The translations under genes and the position numbers were made by a program. 64,000 nucleotides of DNA. Source: an uncultured delta proteobacterium. Its GTDB lineage: Bacteria; Desulfobacterota; Desulfomonilia; Desulfomonilales; Desulfomonilaceae. The DNA lies in NCBI GenBank assembly GCA_963789265.1, contig CAWBKB010000001.1, positions 608,001-672,000 of the forward strand, in the 5' to 3' direction. Below the pieces are notes generated by a model, which did not search any database, was not told where the DNA came from, and was given only the letters and a program-made list of their open reading frames with translations. Each line of letters starts with the position of its first letter. Position 1 is the stretch's first letter. Below, piece by piece: positions 53,120-63,462 of the stretch.

Positions 53120-53596
53120 ATGTTCTCAAAGCTGGTAAGAGCTGAACAAGCTCTTCACCTTTTGGATTTGCCCGATAAGGCGCAGTTGGAGCAAAGTGTG
53201 GCCGAGGGCCTGCTTAAGCCGGCCAAAGAAAGCTCCAAAGGGCCGTGGTTCCTCGTAGCAGACATCGTCATGTTCAAGTTAACCCAGGCCATTTCTCACG
53301 TCGGAGTGGAGCCGCATAAGGCTGCAAGATACGCAGAGGCAATTCTCGGTACGCGGCTCCAAGCCCACGACAACAACGTCGTAGATTGGATAGAAAACGA
53401 AACCCAGGAACTGTTCTGCTTTATTGCCGACAATCAGTTGACAAGGATCTTCCTCAGAAATAAGGAGGATTCCAAGGAAGTTGACGTAGGCGCAGTCAAG
53501 CCGGTTTTGTTTCCAACCACCAAGTGTGAGATCAACGTTTTCCGGGTGATCAGACCGGTGGTATTTCGGACGCGACAGCTACTTGGCCCTAAATGA
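53120..53596 (+). CDS. Hypothetical protein, possible divergent MerR-like HTH
   Basis: RBS GGAGG; the EGLLKP...WFLVADIVMFK...GV pattern resembles a MerR wHTH. Confidence 0.6.
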   Translation: MFSKLVRAEQALHLLDLPDKAQLEQSVAEGLLKPAKESSKGPWFLVADIVMFKLTQAISHVGVEPHKAARYAEAILGTRLQAHDNNVVDWIENETQELFCFIADNQLTRIFLRNKEDSKEVDVGAVKPVLFPTTKCEINVFRVIRPVVFRTRQLLGPK

Positions 53597-53631
53597 GGCC
53601 CGCTGGTGCCGACCCCGCCCCGTCTCTACCG

Positions 53632-53928
53632 CTATCTGCCGGCTACGCAGCCTTTGATACTAATAGCTTTCATTACTGAATCCAGTTGCTTCAGAGCCGC
53701 GCCCTTTTTCAACTTGTAATTCTTGATCTGCGTCATGTTGCCCGAGTCGATGGCTGAGCCCAACACGGTATCTATGGTCTTCACATCTTGCTGGTACCCC
53801 TGGGCCAGTCGGATAAGCTCAGCGCAACTTTTGGCCAGCAAATCATCGGCATAGGTATGCGCTGTCATAAAGAGCATCGCTAAACTGACAATCGCGACAG
53901 CCGCGCAGTATTCAATCCGCCTCTTCAT
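53632..53928 (-). CDS. Small secreted helical protein
   Basis: Signal peptide, Cys pair, RBS GGAGAGGA. Confidence 0.7.
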   Translation of the reverse strand: MKRRIEYCAAVAIVSLAMLFMTAHTYADDLLAKSCAELIRLAQGYQQDVKTIDTVLGSAIDSGNMTQIKNYKLKKGAALKQLDSVMKAISIKGCVAGR

Positions 53929-54333
53929 TCAGTCCTCTCCTCTCCTTCGGGCTAATGGACATGGTTTCGGCCGGGGCCGGCGCACCGGCATCGGCCAAGC
54001 CTCGGCAGGGCCTCCTTATATCACAATGCAACAGCAGCACAACCGTAATTTTGGCATGCATTCAGTTACAGCCGGAATTTACCGGTGGCTTCGTGGGGTG
54101 GGCTTTCTAGCCCGCCATTGAACAGGGGTTTCCGCGGCAGGCTGTCCCGCGCCTCGCGGGACTGCCCCACAAGACTGAATGGATACTAATTTTGTGTGCT
54201 TTTCCTTGACCTGCCCATCAGTCTTTGCATAATAAGATCAAACTTTTCAGGCTCTGCGAGAGAAGTTCTTTCTTCCACTCGCTTTACCGATGAATCATGA
54301 ATAACAACAGGGCAGGTGCCCGAGAGGAAAGCA

Positions 54334-55242
54334 ATGTTCAACAAAGTGACTACGACAATCGACGAGGATCTGTGCACAGGATGCGGCCTGTGTGTGGAAA
54401 TATGCCCCAGCAGAACTCTGTCAATACAAAACGGAAAAGCTGCGGTAACAGGCAGCCGATCCCTGAACTGCGGACACTGTATGGCGGTTTGTCCGGAGGG
54501 GGCAGTCACGGTGGGAGCGATTGACGAGAGTATGTCGCAATTCGTCAATTTCGAGCCCGATCACAAATGGCTGCCGCACGGAGAATTCGACACGGCCCAA
54601 CTGGCCAGGTTGATGGCGTCAAGACGCTCCTGTCGCAATTTCTTGGACAAATCGGTCGATCGGTCGATTCTGGAAGATCTGGTAAAAATCGGGTGCACAG
54701 CACCTTCCGCCACGAACTGCCAGCTTTGGACGTTCACAATATTGCCGACTCGGAAGGCAGTGTGGGAGCTTGGCAAGGGGGTCAAAGATTTCTACGTCAA
54801 ATTGAACTCCACGGCCGAAAACTCTTTGCTACGGACGTTCCTCAAGCTCATCGGAAAGCCCGAGTTGGATCAATATTACAGAGAGTACTACGAGACCGTG
54901 AAAGAGGGCTTGGCCGAATTTGACCGGACCGGAGTCGATCACCTGTTCCATGGCGCCCCATCGGCCATTGTGGTCGGATCCAGGCGAGGGGCCACGTTGC
55001 CCAGGGAAGACTCAATGCTCGCCGCTCAGAACATACTCTTGGCTGCTCACAGCATGGGGTTGGGAAGCTGTCTGATCGGCATGGCAGTGGAAGCGATGAA
55101 GAATGATCGAAAGCTCCAGAGGGTAATTGAAATTCCACCCAAAGAGACGGTTTATGCAGTTATAGCTTTAGGTTATCCGGACGAACATTACACGCTTCAG
55201 GCCGGCAGGAAGAAACCTGTTGTCAGAGTCTTTGAACAGTAA
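54334..55242 (+). CDS. Ferredoxin-nitroreductase fusion
   Basis: CTGCGLCVEICP, CGHCMAVCP, RRSCRNF, APSATN, GLGSC, LGYP. Confidence 0.92.
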   Translation: MFNKVTTTIDEDLCTGCGLCVEICPSRTLSIQNGKAAVTGSRSLNCGHCMAVCPEGAVTVGAIDESMSQFVNFEPDHKWLPHGEFDTAQLARLMASRRSCRNFLDKSVDRSILEDLVKIGCTAPSATNCQLWTFTILPTRKAVWELGKGVKDFYVKLNSTAENSLLRTFLKLIGKPELDQYYREYYETVKEGLAEFDRTGVDHLFHGAPSAIVVGSRRGATLPREDSMLAAQNILLAAHSMGLGSCLIGMAVEAMKNDRKLQRVIEIPPKETVYAVIALGYPDEHYTLQAGRKKPVVRVFEQ

Positions 55243-55267
55243 GTTGTGATGGAGAGGGAGCGATCTA

Positions 55268-55837
55268 ATGAAAAAATCCATGGGTGCAAAAACAATTCTT
55301 TATCCGACCCCGGTCCTGATCGTGGGCACTTACGATAAGTCCGGTAAACCCAATGTCATGACCGTCGCCTGGGGCGGGATCTGCTGTTCGTCTCCACCTT
55401 GCGTCTCCATATCCGTTCGCGAGGCCACATACACGTACGGCAACCTCATGGAGCAGAAAGCGTTCACCATAAGCATCCCATCGGAGAAATACGTGAAGCA
55501 GGCCGATTTCATCGGAACCGCGTCGGGGAGGGAAGTCGACAAATTCACAGCCACCGGACTTACGCCTATGAAAAGCGACGTGGTCAATGCCCCGTATGTT
55601 GAAGAGTTTCCGTTAGTATTGGAGTGCAAGATCATTCATACCCACAAAATCGGCCTTCACACTCAATTCGTCGGTGAAATACTCGACATCAAGGCCGACG
55701 AGTCCGCTGTCGGAGAACACGGCCCTGAGATCGAAAGGATCAAGCCTTTCTTGTGGTCGCCTGATTACGGCCGCGGCTATTATGGGGTTGGCCGGAATCT
55801 GGGCAAGGCGTTCTCAATAGGAAAAGACCCGAAATAG
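55268..55837 (+). CDS. Flavin reductase family protein (flavoredoxin-like)
   Basis: [39 protein letters not shown]. Confidence 0.92.
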   Translation: MKKSMGAKTILYPTPVLIVGTYDKSGKPNVMTVAWGGICCSSPPCVSISVREATYTYGNLMEQKAFTISIPSEKYVKQADFIGTASGREVDKFTATGLTPMKSDVVNAPYVEEFPLVLECKIIHTHKIGLHTQFVGEILDIKADESAVGEHGPEIERIKPFLWSPDYGRGYYGVGRNLGKAFSIGKDPK

Positions 55838-55839
55838 CC

Positions 55840-55975
55840 TTACTTGCGAAGCGGAAGGGTGGGCCTGACTCTAGGTCAAAAGACGATACTCGCTTGACTG
55901 CACGAAAGCGCGCACGGGTCTCTTAACCACAAGGAAATCGAGGAACTCCTCCAAGCGCATGGAGCAAGAGAATGA
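55840..55975 (+). pseudogene. Ankyrin-repeat protein 3' remnant
   Basis: KDDTRLTA../NHKEIEELLQAHGARE* across a frameshift. Confidence 0.5.
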
Positions 55976-56055
55976 GGTGTCCCGAGGACCGCAAAAGGAC
56001 TCGTGTGGTGGTTTATTACTGGTTGTCGTAAGTGCGGTCGCGGATTTTCAAGGTA

Positions 56056-56130
56056 GAGATTGCTTCGTCGTTTCACTCCTCGCAATGACATTCCCACTAC
56101 CTGTCATTGCGAGCGCAGCGAAGCAATCTT
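56056..56130. repeat. GTCATTGCGAG..GAAGCAATCT REP doublet
   Basis: Same family as the cargo of the 4748 and 25289 elements. Confidence 0.8.
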
Positions 56131-56243
56131 CTTCCGTACCGGGTCCTCATGTCACAGTATTTGCGAAAAGGAGTACTCAGTCGTCGGCCCAGAACCCCGA
56201 GTCAGTAACACCGCCACAGAATTCCCGGCGAACGGAGGCTGGC

Positions 56244-56597
56244 ATGTATTGTCCCAAGTGCGGATGTGAATACCGCGAAGGCTTTTACGAGTGCTCAGAC
56301 TGTAGAGTCTCTCTGGTCTATGACCCGCCGCCACAAGCGAGGCCCGCTGCCCGGAAACGCGAACTTGTTACAATTCTGCAGACCGGTGACCCAGCTCTCA
56401 TTGCGGTCCTCAAATCGGTACTCGAAGGTGAGGAAATTTGGTACGTAGTCCAAGGTGAAGGAATGTCGAACCTTTTTCCCGGAGTGCTAGGATACCACCC
56501 TGTCACTTTTCAAGTCGATTCAGAGGACGAGGAGAAGGCCAGGGAGTTGCTCCAGGAATTTGATTCCGAAATGTGGGAAGGACCAATCGAGCCCTGA
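56244..56597 (+). CDS. Zinc-ribbon + DUF2007-like protein
   Basis: MYCPKCGCEYREGFYECSDCRVSLV; KSVLEGEEI...EKARELL; RBS GGAGG. Confidence 0.8.
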   Translation: MYCPKCGCEYREGFYECSDCRVSLVYDPPPQARPAARKRELVTILQTGDPALIAVLKSVLEGEEIWYVVQGEGMSNLFPGVLGYHPVTFQVDSEDEEKARELLQEFDSEMWEGPIEP

Positions 56598-56856
56598 TCG
56601 GGAAAGCTCGATCAGCCTGACTCATGGGCCGGGCCTTGCTGCTTGCGGCGGGAGATCGCCGCGGAGGTCGGCTTCGTTACTCCACACTGAGCAGGAATGG
56701 ACGGCGCGAAAAGAGGGAGTCAAGAAACAAGAGCTGACGCCGTTGGGGGCATTACTCGAACAAAACTGCGAATGATACCGTTCCGCAGTGAACCGGGTGA
56801 TTCTTTGCGTTTTGGGCTTGTTGGGGCAGAGAGAAAAGGCCGAGAAAACTGCTCAA

Positions 56857-57387
56857 CTAGCCAAGCGACAATAACTGAATCAGTTGGCGCAGATTTGACA
56901 AATCCTTCGGCGAGATCTTTGTTATCTGGAATCCGCCGTACCACTCTTTGGGCGATTTGCGTGCCTCAATCCATCTACACTCCACTTCAAGCCAGATGTT
57001 ATCGACGTCCAAAAATGGGCGACAAGCAATCATTAAGGATATGACCTCCCCGATCCTCGCCTGAATACCGGTTATGCCTATTCCTTTTTCCGTAACATCG
57101 CGAATCCTGCCCTGGCGGTTCGGTAGGCCGGGTTCGTGGATAGGAATGGTCATGGACAAAAAGTGTCTGGGCAGTTCCCGAACGTCGTTGATTATGACGG
57201 TATCCTGGCCGGATCCACGCTGACCGTAAATCTCCGCAACTGTCATAATTCCGCTATTCACGAGTTTGGAGAAAGCGCTCTCAAGTCCTTTCGCAGATAG
57301 TTCATATTTCTCCATGAGTCCCGCGTCGGTCATACCGGAACGAATATCCTTTACGATGTCCTTGGCCTGTATGATTCTTTTGCTCAC
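56857..57387 (-). CDS. HTH + PilZ-domain protein (Desulfomonile-type)
   Basis: DIRSGMTDAGLMEKYELSAKGL; RELPR...DVTEKG PilZ motifs. Confidence 0.82.
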   Translation of the reverse strand: MSKRIIQAKDIVKDIRSGMTDAGLMEKYELSAKGLESAFSKLVNSGIMTVAEIYGQRGSGQDTVIINDVRELPRHFLSMTIPIHEPGLPNRQGRIRDVTEKGIGITGIQARIGEVISLMIACRPFLDVDNIWLEVECRWIEARKSPKEWYGGFQITKISPKDLSNLRQLIQLLSLG

Positions 57388-57460
57388 CTGCCATCCCTGT
57401 CCTAATTTCCAGCGAGAGAAATTGACCCCTCAGCAATTTGCGACTCCCGGTAGCGTATGA

Positions 57461-58888
57461 TTATCGACTCATGTCGATGATTTCCATCCGATTATTTGTA
57501 TCCGGGTATTTGGAAGAAGGGCCTTCTGTTAAGATCACCAGACGCGGTTCAATTCCATGCGATTCAAGCCACGATCGAGCATACGCCTTCCAGTTGTGCG
57601 GATGATCGGGTTCGTGGATCGGCCAAACACCATACGAAAACAACAGCTTCTGGCACGTGGCCCTTTGAGAGCTTACAGATGTAATCCATGCAGGCAGCTT
57701 GTATCGGCTCAAGATTCTGGCTGTTCTGCCGCTTCTCGTTGGAACTATCACAACATCCGGTGTGACTCGTTCCACCACGGTGAGGACGCCAAGCGCCACG
57801 AGGTCGGCTAGAACGGTGCCGCCGCTCCGATCGCGTTCCGTCAGTGCCTGTCTGGCCGGGAAATAGGTCCGGTGCGGCTCGACAGCCTCGGCAATCCGGG
57901 CCAGCATGCCTACACATTCCACTGGATACCGGCCCATGGCGGACTCCTCCGATAGCATAACACAATCGGTGCCGTCCAGGATGGCATTGGCAACATCCGT
58001 AGACTCCGCGCGGGTAGGACGCCGGTTCCTGGTCATCGATTCCAACATCTGAGTGGCTGTAATAACCGGCTTACCCAGCACATTCGCCTTCTGAATCAAT
58101 TGCTTCTGTACAACCGCGATCCGTTCTATGGGGATTTCCACGCCAAGATCACCGCGGGCTACCATGATACCGTCAGCCGCATGCAAAATACTGTCGATTT
58201 GATCGAGTGCCCCGGAACGTTCTATTTTAGCTATGATAAGTAAGTTCCCACCTAAGACCGTTACTGCATCGCGGACCGCCTCAATGTCCTTGGCAGACTC
58301 CACAAAAGACTGACTGACCGCATCGATTCCCTGTTCCACGGCAAATCTGAGACACTCTTGATCCCGGTCGGTGAACGCACTAATTCCAAGATCTATACCG
58401 GGTAAGTTGAGCCCTTTTCGGGAGCGAAGCTCTCCGCCGACCAGCACCCGGCACCGAACTTCCGGTCCCGACACTTCCAGAACTTTCAACTGGATCAGTC
58501 CGTCGTTGAGGAAAAGGGCGTCGCCTTTCTTAACGACGTCGGGCAGATGTGCAAAACTAACTGAAGCCCTTGTCTTGTCTCCCACGATATTCTGAGTGGT
58601 CAACGTAAAGGTGGTCCCAATCTCTAATTCTATAGGCTCACCGGCTAACTCCCCAATCCGCATCTTGGGACCGGGCAGATCGGCCATGATGGCCACAGAC
58701 CTGCCCGCTACTTCGGATGCTCTTCTAATTAAGTCAATTCTGTGTTTGTGAGCCGTGAGATCTTCGTGAGAAAAATTCAGTCGCGCAACATTCATCCCTG
58801 CGCAAATCATCTCTTCAAGAATCGCAACCGAGTCTGATGCAGGCCCGATTGTGCATACTATTTTTGTTTTGTGGGCTGAAAGGTTCAT
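57461..58888 (-). CDS. pyk: Pyruvate kinase
   Basis: TKIVCTIGPAS, ARLNFSH, IAKIE, MVARGDLG, ATQMLES, DVANA. Confidence 0.97.
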   Translation of the reverse strand: MNLSAHKTKIVCTIGPASDSVAILEEMICAGMNVARLNFSHEDLTAHKHRIDLIRRASEVAGRSVAIMADLPGPKMRIGELAGEPIELEIGTTFTLTTQNIVGDKTRASVSFAHLPDVVKKGDALFLNDGLIQLKVLEVSGPEVRCRVLVGGELRSRKGLNLPGIDLGISAFTDRDQECLRFAVEQGIDAVSQSFVESAKDIEAVRDAVTVLGGNLLIIAKIERSGALDQIDSILHAADGIMVARGDLGVEIPIERIAVVQKQLIQKANVLGKPVITATQMLESMTRNRRPTRAESTDVANAILDGTDCVMLSEESAMGRYPVECVGMLARIAEAVEPHRTYFPARQALTERDRSGGTVLADLVALGVLTVVERVTPDVVIVPTRSGRTARILSRYKLPAWITSVSSQRATCQKLLFSYGVWPIHEPDHPHNWKAYARSWLESHGIEPRLVILTEGPSSKYPDTNNRMEIIDMSR

Positions 58889-58932
58889 GATGTTCGGTGC
58901 CCCCTTTTGCCGTCCGACTATCTCCAGGATAT

Positions 58933-59162
58933 TATCCCGATTCGCTTTTAAACAAGTGACATCGTGTTTCTGGTAGGGGCGGGTTTCAAACCCGCCCTTA
59001 CATGTCGTCATGTCGAGTACGCGGGCACTGTAGGGGCACCTCTTGTGGGTGCCCACGAGAGAGCAGACACTAGGTCTGCCCCACGTGCCCGGATAGGAGC
59101 CCAGGGTAACCCCGCTATATCCTGTCTAGGGTTGTCATTCGATTCACGACGTATTGAGACTA
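58933..59162. mobile_element. Composite non-autonomous element (family of 3344-3577)
   Basis: Shared left and right ends with different GTAG REP cargo. Confidence 0.65.
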
Positions 59163-59190
59163 GACCGCGAAGGACAAATCTTCGATGGTC

Positions 59191-60840
59191 TCAGCCCCCT
59201 ACTGTGCTTCTGCTCAATTCAGCCTCTGTGCTAAATCCGTTAAGCCGATACAAAGTGACGGGTGCGTCAATGCCCTTGAGAAAACATTCTCGCGTCTCTT
59301 TTACCGAAGCCTCTCCGTTCAAATTACGAAAGACTTCCGGTGACACGAGCACCTCGCCGCCCGCGGCTTTCGCCTGAATCCTAAAAGCGAGATTTATGGG
59401 ACTTCCTATGGCTCCGTATTTCATGCGTTTCTCGGAGCCGATATTGCCGACAATTAGCTGCCCGGTATTCACTCCAATCCCCATTTGAAGTTCGGGGAGG
59501 CCCAGCGGCAGATTGGCACTGTTCAATCCTTTCATGGCGTCCTGCATTTCCAAGGCGCATGCCACCGCGCGCCCGGGGTGATGCGGGAGGGACTTGGGCG
59601 CTCCAAAGAATACGAGTATCCCGTCCCCGGTGAATTCGTCGATGGTGCCTCCGTGTTTCAATATGATATCCGTCATTTCGCCAAGGTAACGGTTAATCAT
59701 TTCCAAAACTTGTCGGGGATTTAACAACTCCGTTGTACGAGTGAATCCACGAATGTCCGATACCAAAATAGTGATCTCTCTAAGCTCCCCTCTCAGTTCC
59801 ACCCCCCCTGGGGATTTGAGGATTTCGTTCACGACCTCCTCGCTCAAGTACCGGCCGAAGGTCTCCCTGACGGAGTCCAGGCGCTTGTGCTCCTGAACCA
59901 TGCTATTGAATCCTTCCCCCGTACGCCCGATCTCATCATTGGAAAATACCGGGATGCTGGCGTCGAGATCTCCGTTGCGGAATGTTTCCATAGCGGCTTC
60001 AAACGTCTTGAGCGGCTCGGAAACACTCTTGGCCATGAATATCGATACCGCAATCGCCTCGGGAATGAACACAGCGAGGAGAAACCAGATCAGCAACGGC
60101 ATGTGGGAAATGAAGTTTCCTATTGATTGCTTTCCCACCTCAATCTCTTGAATCTGGCCTAACGTCACCGTCCCGATCATTGCAAGGGGAAGTGTTGTTA
60201 TCAATAGAGAAACAATCAGCATCTTCGGAAGAACATTGATCCTGAATGTGAGTGGAGTTTCGAGCAATGCCCGGGGCGGAAAAAACTCACGCATCTTTGT
60301 ACGGATCCAACGTTCCTGGAAGAAAAATATCGCACTAACCGTTAGAGGAGCAGCGATCAACACCATCCAGGCCGAGATCTTATCTGCGGAGTTGTGGGTC
60401 CACGGATAAAGTTTCGGGGGAAGACTGTGACCGATTAAGTAAAAAGTTGTGGCGCCAATAACCCACCCTACGAGCGTTGTTCCTGCGAGCCGTACAGGCA
60501 GTTTCAACAGGTCTCCTGCCAAAACGCGGAATCTGTCGATGTCTACTTCCTGTGTTCCGCCAACCCCGTGAGGCTGTAGCTTTCTCTTGATTTCTCGTAC
60601 CAGAGGGAGAGCCCAGCTCAGGTTGATGGGGGCAATCACTGCAACCGCGGACATCCATACGATCGCGACGATGACCACTCTTGCCATCAGGCTTTCCGTC
60701 ACGGTCCCGGGAGCCGGATTGGATTGAACCAGCGCGAAGTATACAAAGGTAAGCAGGACCCCGATAAGGTTCCCGAACACGTTGATCACAGCCGTAGCTT
60801 TCACAAGAATCGTTGCCGGGGAAATCCTTTTGTCAGTCAT
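59191..60840 (-). CDS. Membrane adenylate/guanylate cyclase with HAMP
   Basis: TM helices, NDEIG, SDIRGFT, FTGDG, GNIGS, INLAFRI. Confidence 0.92.
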   Translation of the reverse strand: MTDKRISPATILVKATAVINVFGNLIGVLLTFVYFALVQSNPAPGTVTESLMARVVIVAIVWMSAVAVIAPINLSWALPLVREIKRKLQPHGVGGTQEVDIDRFRVLAGDLLKLPVRLAGTTLVGWVIGATTFYLIGHSLPPKLYPWTHNSADKISAWMVLIAAPLTVSAIFFFQERWIRTKMREFFPPRALLETPLTFRINVLPKMLIVSLLITTLPLAMIGTVTLGQIQEIEVGKQSIGNFISHMPLLIWFLLAVFIPEAIAVSIFMAKSVSEPLKTFEAAMETFRNGDLDASIPVFSNDEIGRTGEGFNSMVQEHKRLDSVRETFGRYLSEEVVNEILKSPGGVELRGELREITILVSDIRGFTRTTELLNPRQVLEMINRYLGEMTDIILKHGGTIDEFTGDGILVFFGAPKSLPHHPGRAVACALEMQDAMKGLNSANLPLGLPELQMGIGVNTGQLIVGNIGSEKRMKYGAIGSPINLAFRIQAKAAGGEVLVSPEVFRNLNGEASVKETRECFLKGIDAPVTLYRLNGFSTEAELSRSTVGG

Positions 60841-61135
60841 GGATTCCATCCTTCTCGATGCCGCTGGAAGCCAGGTACGTTGCACCTCCAAGTTTCTTAT
60901 CACAGGTCGGCCTACTAGATCGAATGTAGAGTAGCGGATTGGAGTTGAGGAAGGCAAGGGCTGGGAAATCCGGCAATCACGGGAGATCGCGTCTGCACAA
61001 TGCTCCCACGCCTCGTGGTTTAGAAATCTGTTTTCATCGAATATGAGGCCAGGGGCAGTCCTTGACCTGCCAAAAGCGTAGAACCGACATGCTGCACAGC
61101 CGAATGCGCAGTTCGTTCACCGATCGTCTGAAATG

Positions 61136-62016
61136 TCAGGCCTCCGGCGCTGTACCAAGCACCTTGCTCAGCTCCACCGCTATTTTCCGAAAGCGTCTTT
61201 GAGCAAGCGCTATCCCCAGCGAGGGGAAAAAGCGATTGGTCCACCAATACACCTTCCACCAGGACGGCACGATAATGATGGGTTTATTCTTTGCCACTGA
61301 ATCTATTACCTTTTCCGCGAAACAGGGGGTGACATGGGCCGGAGCCTTTCCCACATCTGGTGCAGCTTTTCCTGGGGGATATCTATGAGCATTTTGCCGT
61401 ACTTGCCGCCTCCTTCCAGGATAGGTGTACGGATTACCCCAGGACATAAGGCACTGACGCGTATCCCGAAAAGTGCGGCTTCGGCTCGTAAAGACTTTGA
61501 AAGACCTACCACCGCATGCTTGGTCATCGAATAGGCCACGGCTCCCGGAGAAGGCATGAGACCTGCCATGGATGCAGTATTGACGATGTGCCCGAATCCT
61601 TGGTTCATCATGATCCCATAAGCTGTTTGGACTCCGTTTACCACTCCGCGAAGATTGACGTCCATGATCTGATTCCATTCTTGGATGCCGTAGTGGTGCA
61701 CGTTCCCGCCGATAGCGATTCCCGCATTATTGAACATGTAGTCCAGTCGGCCGGTACGATCGACAGTATCGTGGACGAGCTGTTGCATGGCAGGGAAATC
61801 AGTAACATCCATCTTCACGGCTGTGGCTTTTCCGCGGGTTAAAGACCTGATTCCGGACGCGACTTCTTCTGCCAGTACGACTTGACGGTCCGCCAATACC
61901 ACCTCGCAGCCCCGTTTTGCCAGTTCTTCGGCAAGCGCTCGGCCGATTCCGGACGCTCCACCGGTGACAATCGCAGTAGCATCGCTGAAAACACGAATTG
62001 TCTTATTAGATTTCAT
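61136..62016 (-). CDS. SDR oxidoreductase (frameshift ~61325)
   Basis: TGGASGIG, NNAG, YSMTK; the C-terminus continues in the frame of ORF 61136. Confidence 0.9.
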
Positions 62017-62059
62017 CGTCAGCACCTTCCGTATCCCTTCATCAGTGTGAATGTGTTTC

Positions 62060-63307
62060 TTATAACCACTTCATGGCAGTTAATGACAGGGCTTCATTGA
62101 CCCCGTCTTCTATCATCGAGGATCGCGCGTCTCTGAACATCTTTTCAATAGGATATTCTCGGGACAAACCACTGGCACCGAATATCTGTATCGCCTGACT
62201 GGCTGCCTCAAATGCGGTTTCCGTGGACAGGCACTTGCATGCAACGGCATGGGGGCCGGAGGGTCGGGAAACAGAGGCGTTATACACGGCCATCCGTCTG
62301 GCCGAGGCACGGGCCGCCTCGACCATGGTGAACATCTTGAAGAGTTTCAATTTGATGTTCTGGTGCTCGATAATGGCCACGCCGCCTTGAACGCGCTCCT
62401 TGGCATAATTCAGCGCCTCGTCAAGGGCTGCCCTTGCCACCCCCGCGAAGACGGCCGCCATACCGCCGTTGACCTCGGCAAGTGATCTCTCTTCCAAAAG
62501 CTCGTTCATCCCCAGCGCTTCTCTCATCGTGGGCGTCAGAACCATATTGTCGGCAGGAATCCGGACGTCATCGAAAAATATTTCACCTTGGTTCAGGGGG
62601 CGCTGCCCTATCTTGTCTAAAGGTTTTCCACGAGAGATGCCATCCAGATCCAAGGAAACAAGGGCGAGGCCCTGACCTTTCATCCCCATATCAGGGTCTA
62701 GACCGACGTGGAGCAAGGCGTGTGTGGCGATGGTGCCGTTGGAGACCCAAGCAGATTTTTGGCCGTTAATGACGTATTCATTATCTCTTAGCACAGCCTT
62801 AACCGAGGGCCCACATTTGGGGTCATCGCCACCCAAGGTCCAGTCGGTGCCGTGATCCGGTTCGGTTATGGCCCAGCAGCCGATAAGCCCGCCATCATTG
62901 TCCTCTACAAATTGGCTCACCATTTCGCGCAAAAATTTCTTTCCCGGGAAATAGGGGACCAAAGATGCGGCGGTATAAAAGGGCATGGCAGATACTCCCA
63001 AGGAGATGGCTAGCCCGGCGTCAGCGTATCCCAACTCCTCTGCGATGAGGTACTCTGTAATGGGGTCGACATCTTCCTTAATGCCGCCCATAGCCTTTGG
63101 GATACGTATCTTGTGCAGGCCCAGCTCGCGGGCTATTCTAAAGACGTCCCAAAGCACCGACCCCTGAGCGATCACGTCGGCAGGATCGTGAAGCTTATCT
63201 AACTCGACGCCGGCAGGACGCATCACTTCGGCGCCGAATTTGCGTACGGTATCTCGCATCGCAATTTGCTCTTTTGTCAGGTTGAAGTCTATTTCCCGGT
63301 AACTCAT
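62060..63307 (-). CDS. Acyl-CoA dehydrogenase
   Basis: AITEPDHGTD, NGQKSAWVSNG, KIGQR, QIFG, IEKMFRDA. Confidence 0.93.
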   Translation of the reverse strand: MSYREIDFNLTKEQIAMRDTVRKFGAEVMRPAGVELDKLHDPADVIAQGSVLWDVFRIARELGLHKIRIPKAMGGIKEDVDPITEYLIAEELGYADAGLAISLGVSAMPFYTAASLVPYFPGKKFLREMVSQFVEDNDGGLIGCWAITEPDHGTDWTLGGDDPKCGPSVKAVLRDNEYVINGQKSAWVSNGTIATHALLHVGLDPDMGMKGQGLALVSLDLDGISRGKPLDKIGQRPLNQGEIFFDDVRIPADNMVLTPTMREALGMNELLEERSLAEVNGGMAAVFAGVARAALDEALNYAKERVQGGVAIIEHQNIKLKLFKMFTMVEAARASARRMAVYNASVSRPSGPHAVACKCLSTETAFEAASQAIQIFGASGLSREYPIEKMFRDARSSMIEDGVNEALSLTAMKWL

Positions 63308-63462
63308 CACATCTGCCTCTTTTGACAAGGAACTTGATTTCAATCAAAATAAAAATCATGCGGTTATCCACTAGCAGCTCAGGCAAGGCTTGGGCTATGC
63401 CTCGCGCCCACAGTGACAACCGCGACTTTGTCTTCGAACTTGCCCCTATGTATACCCGAGGA

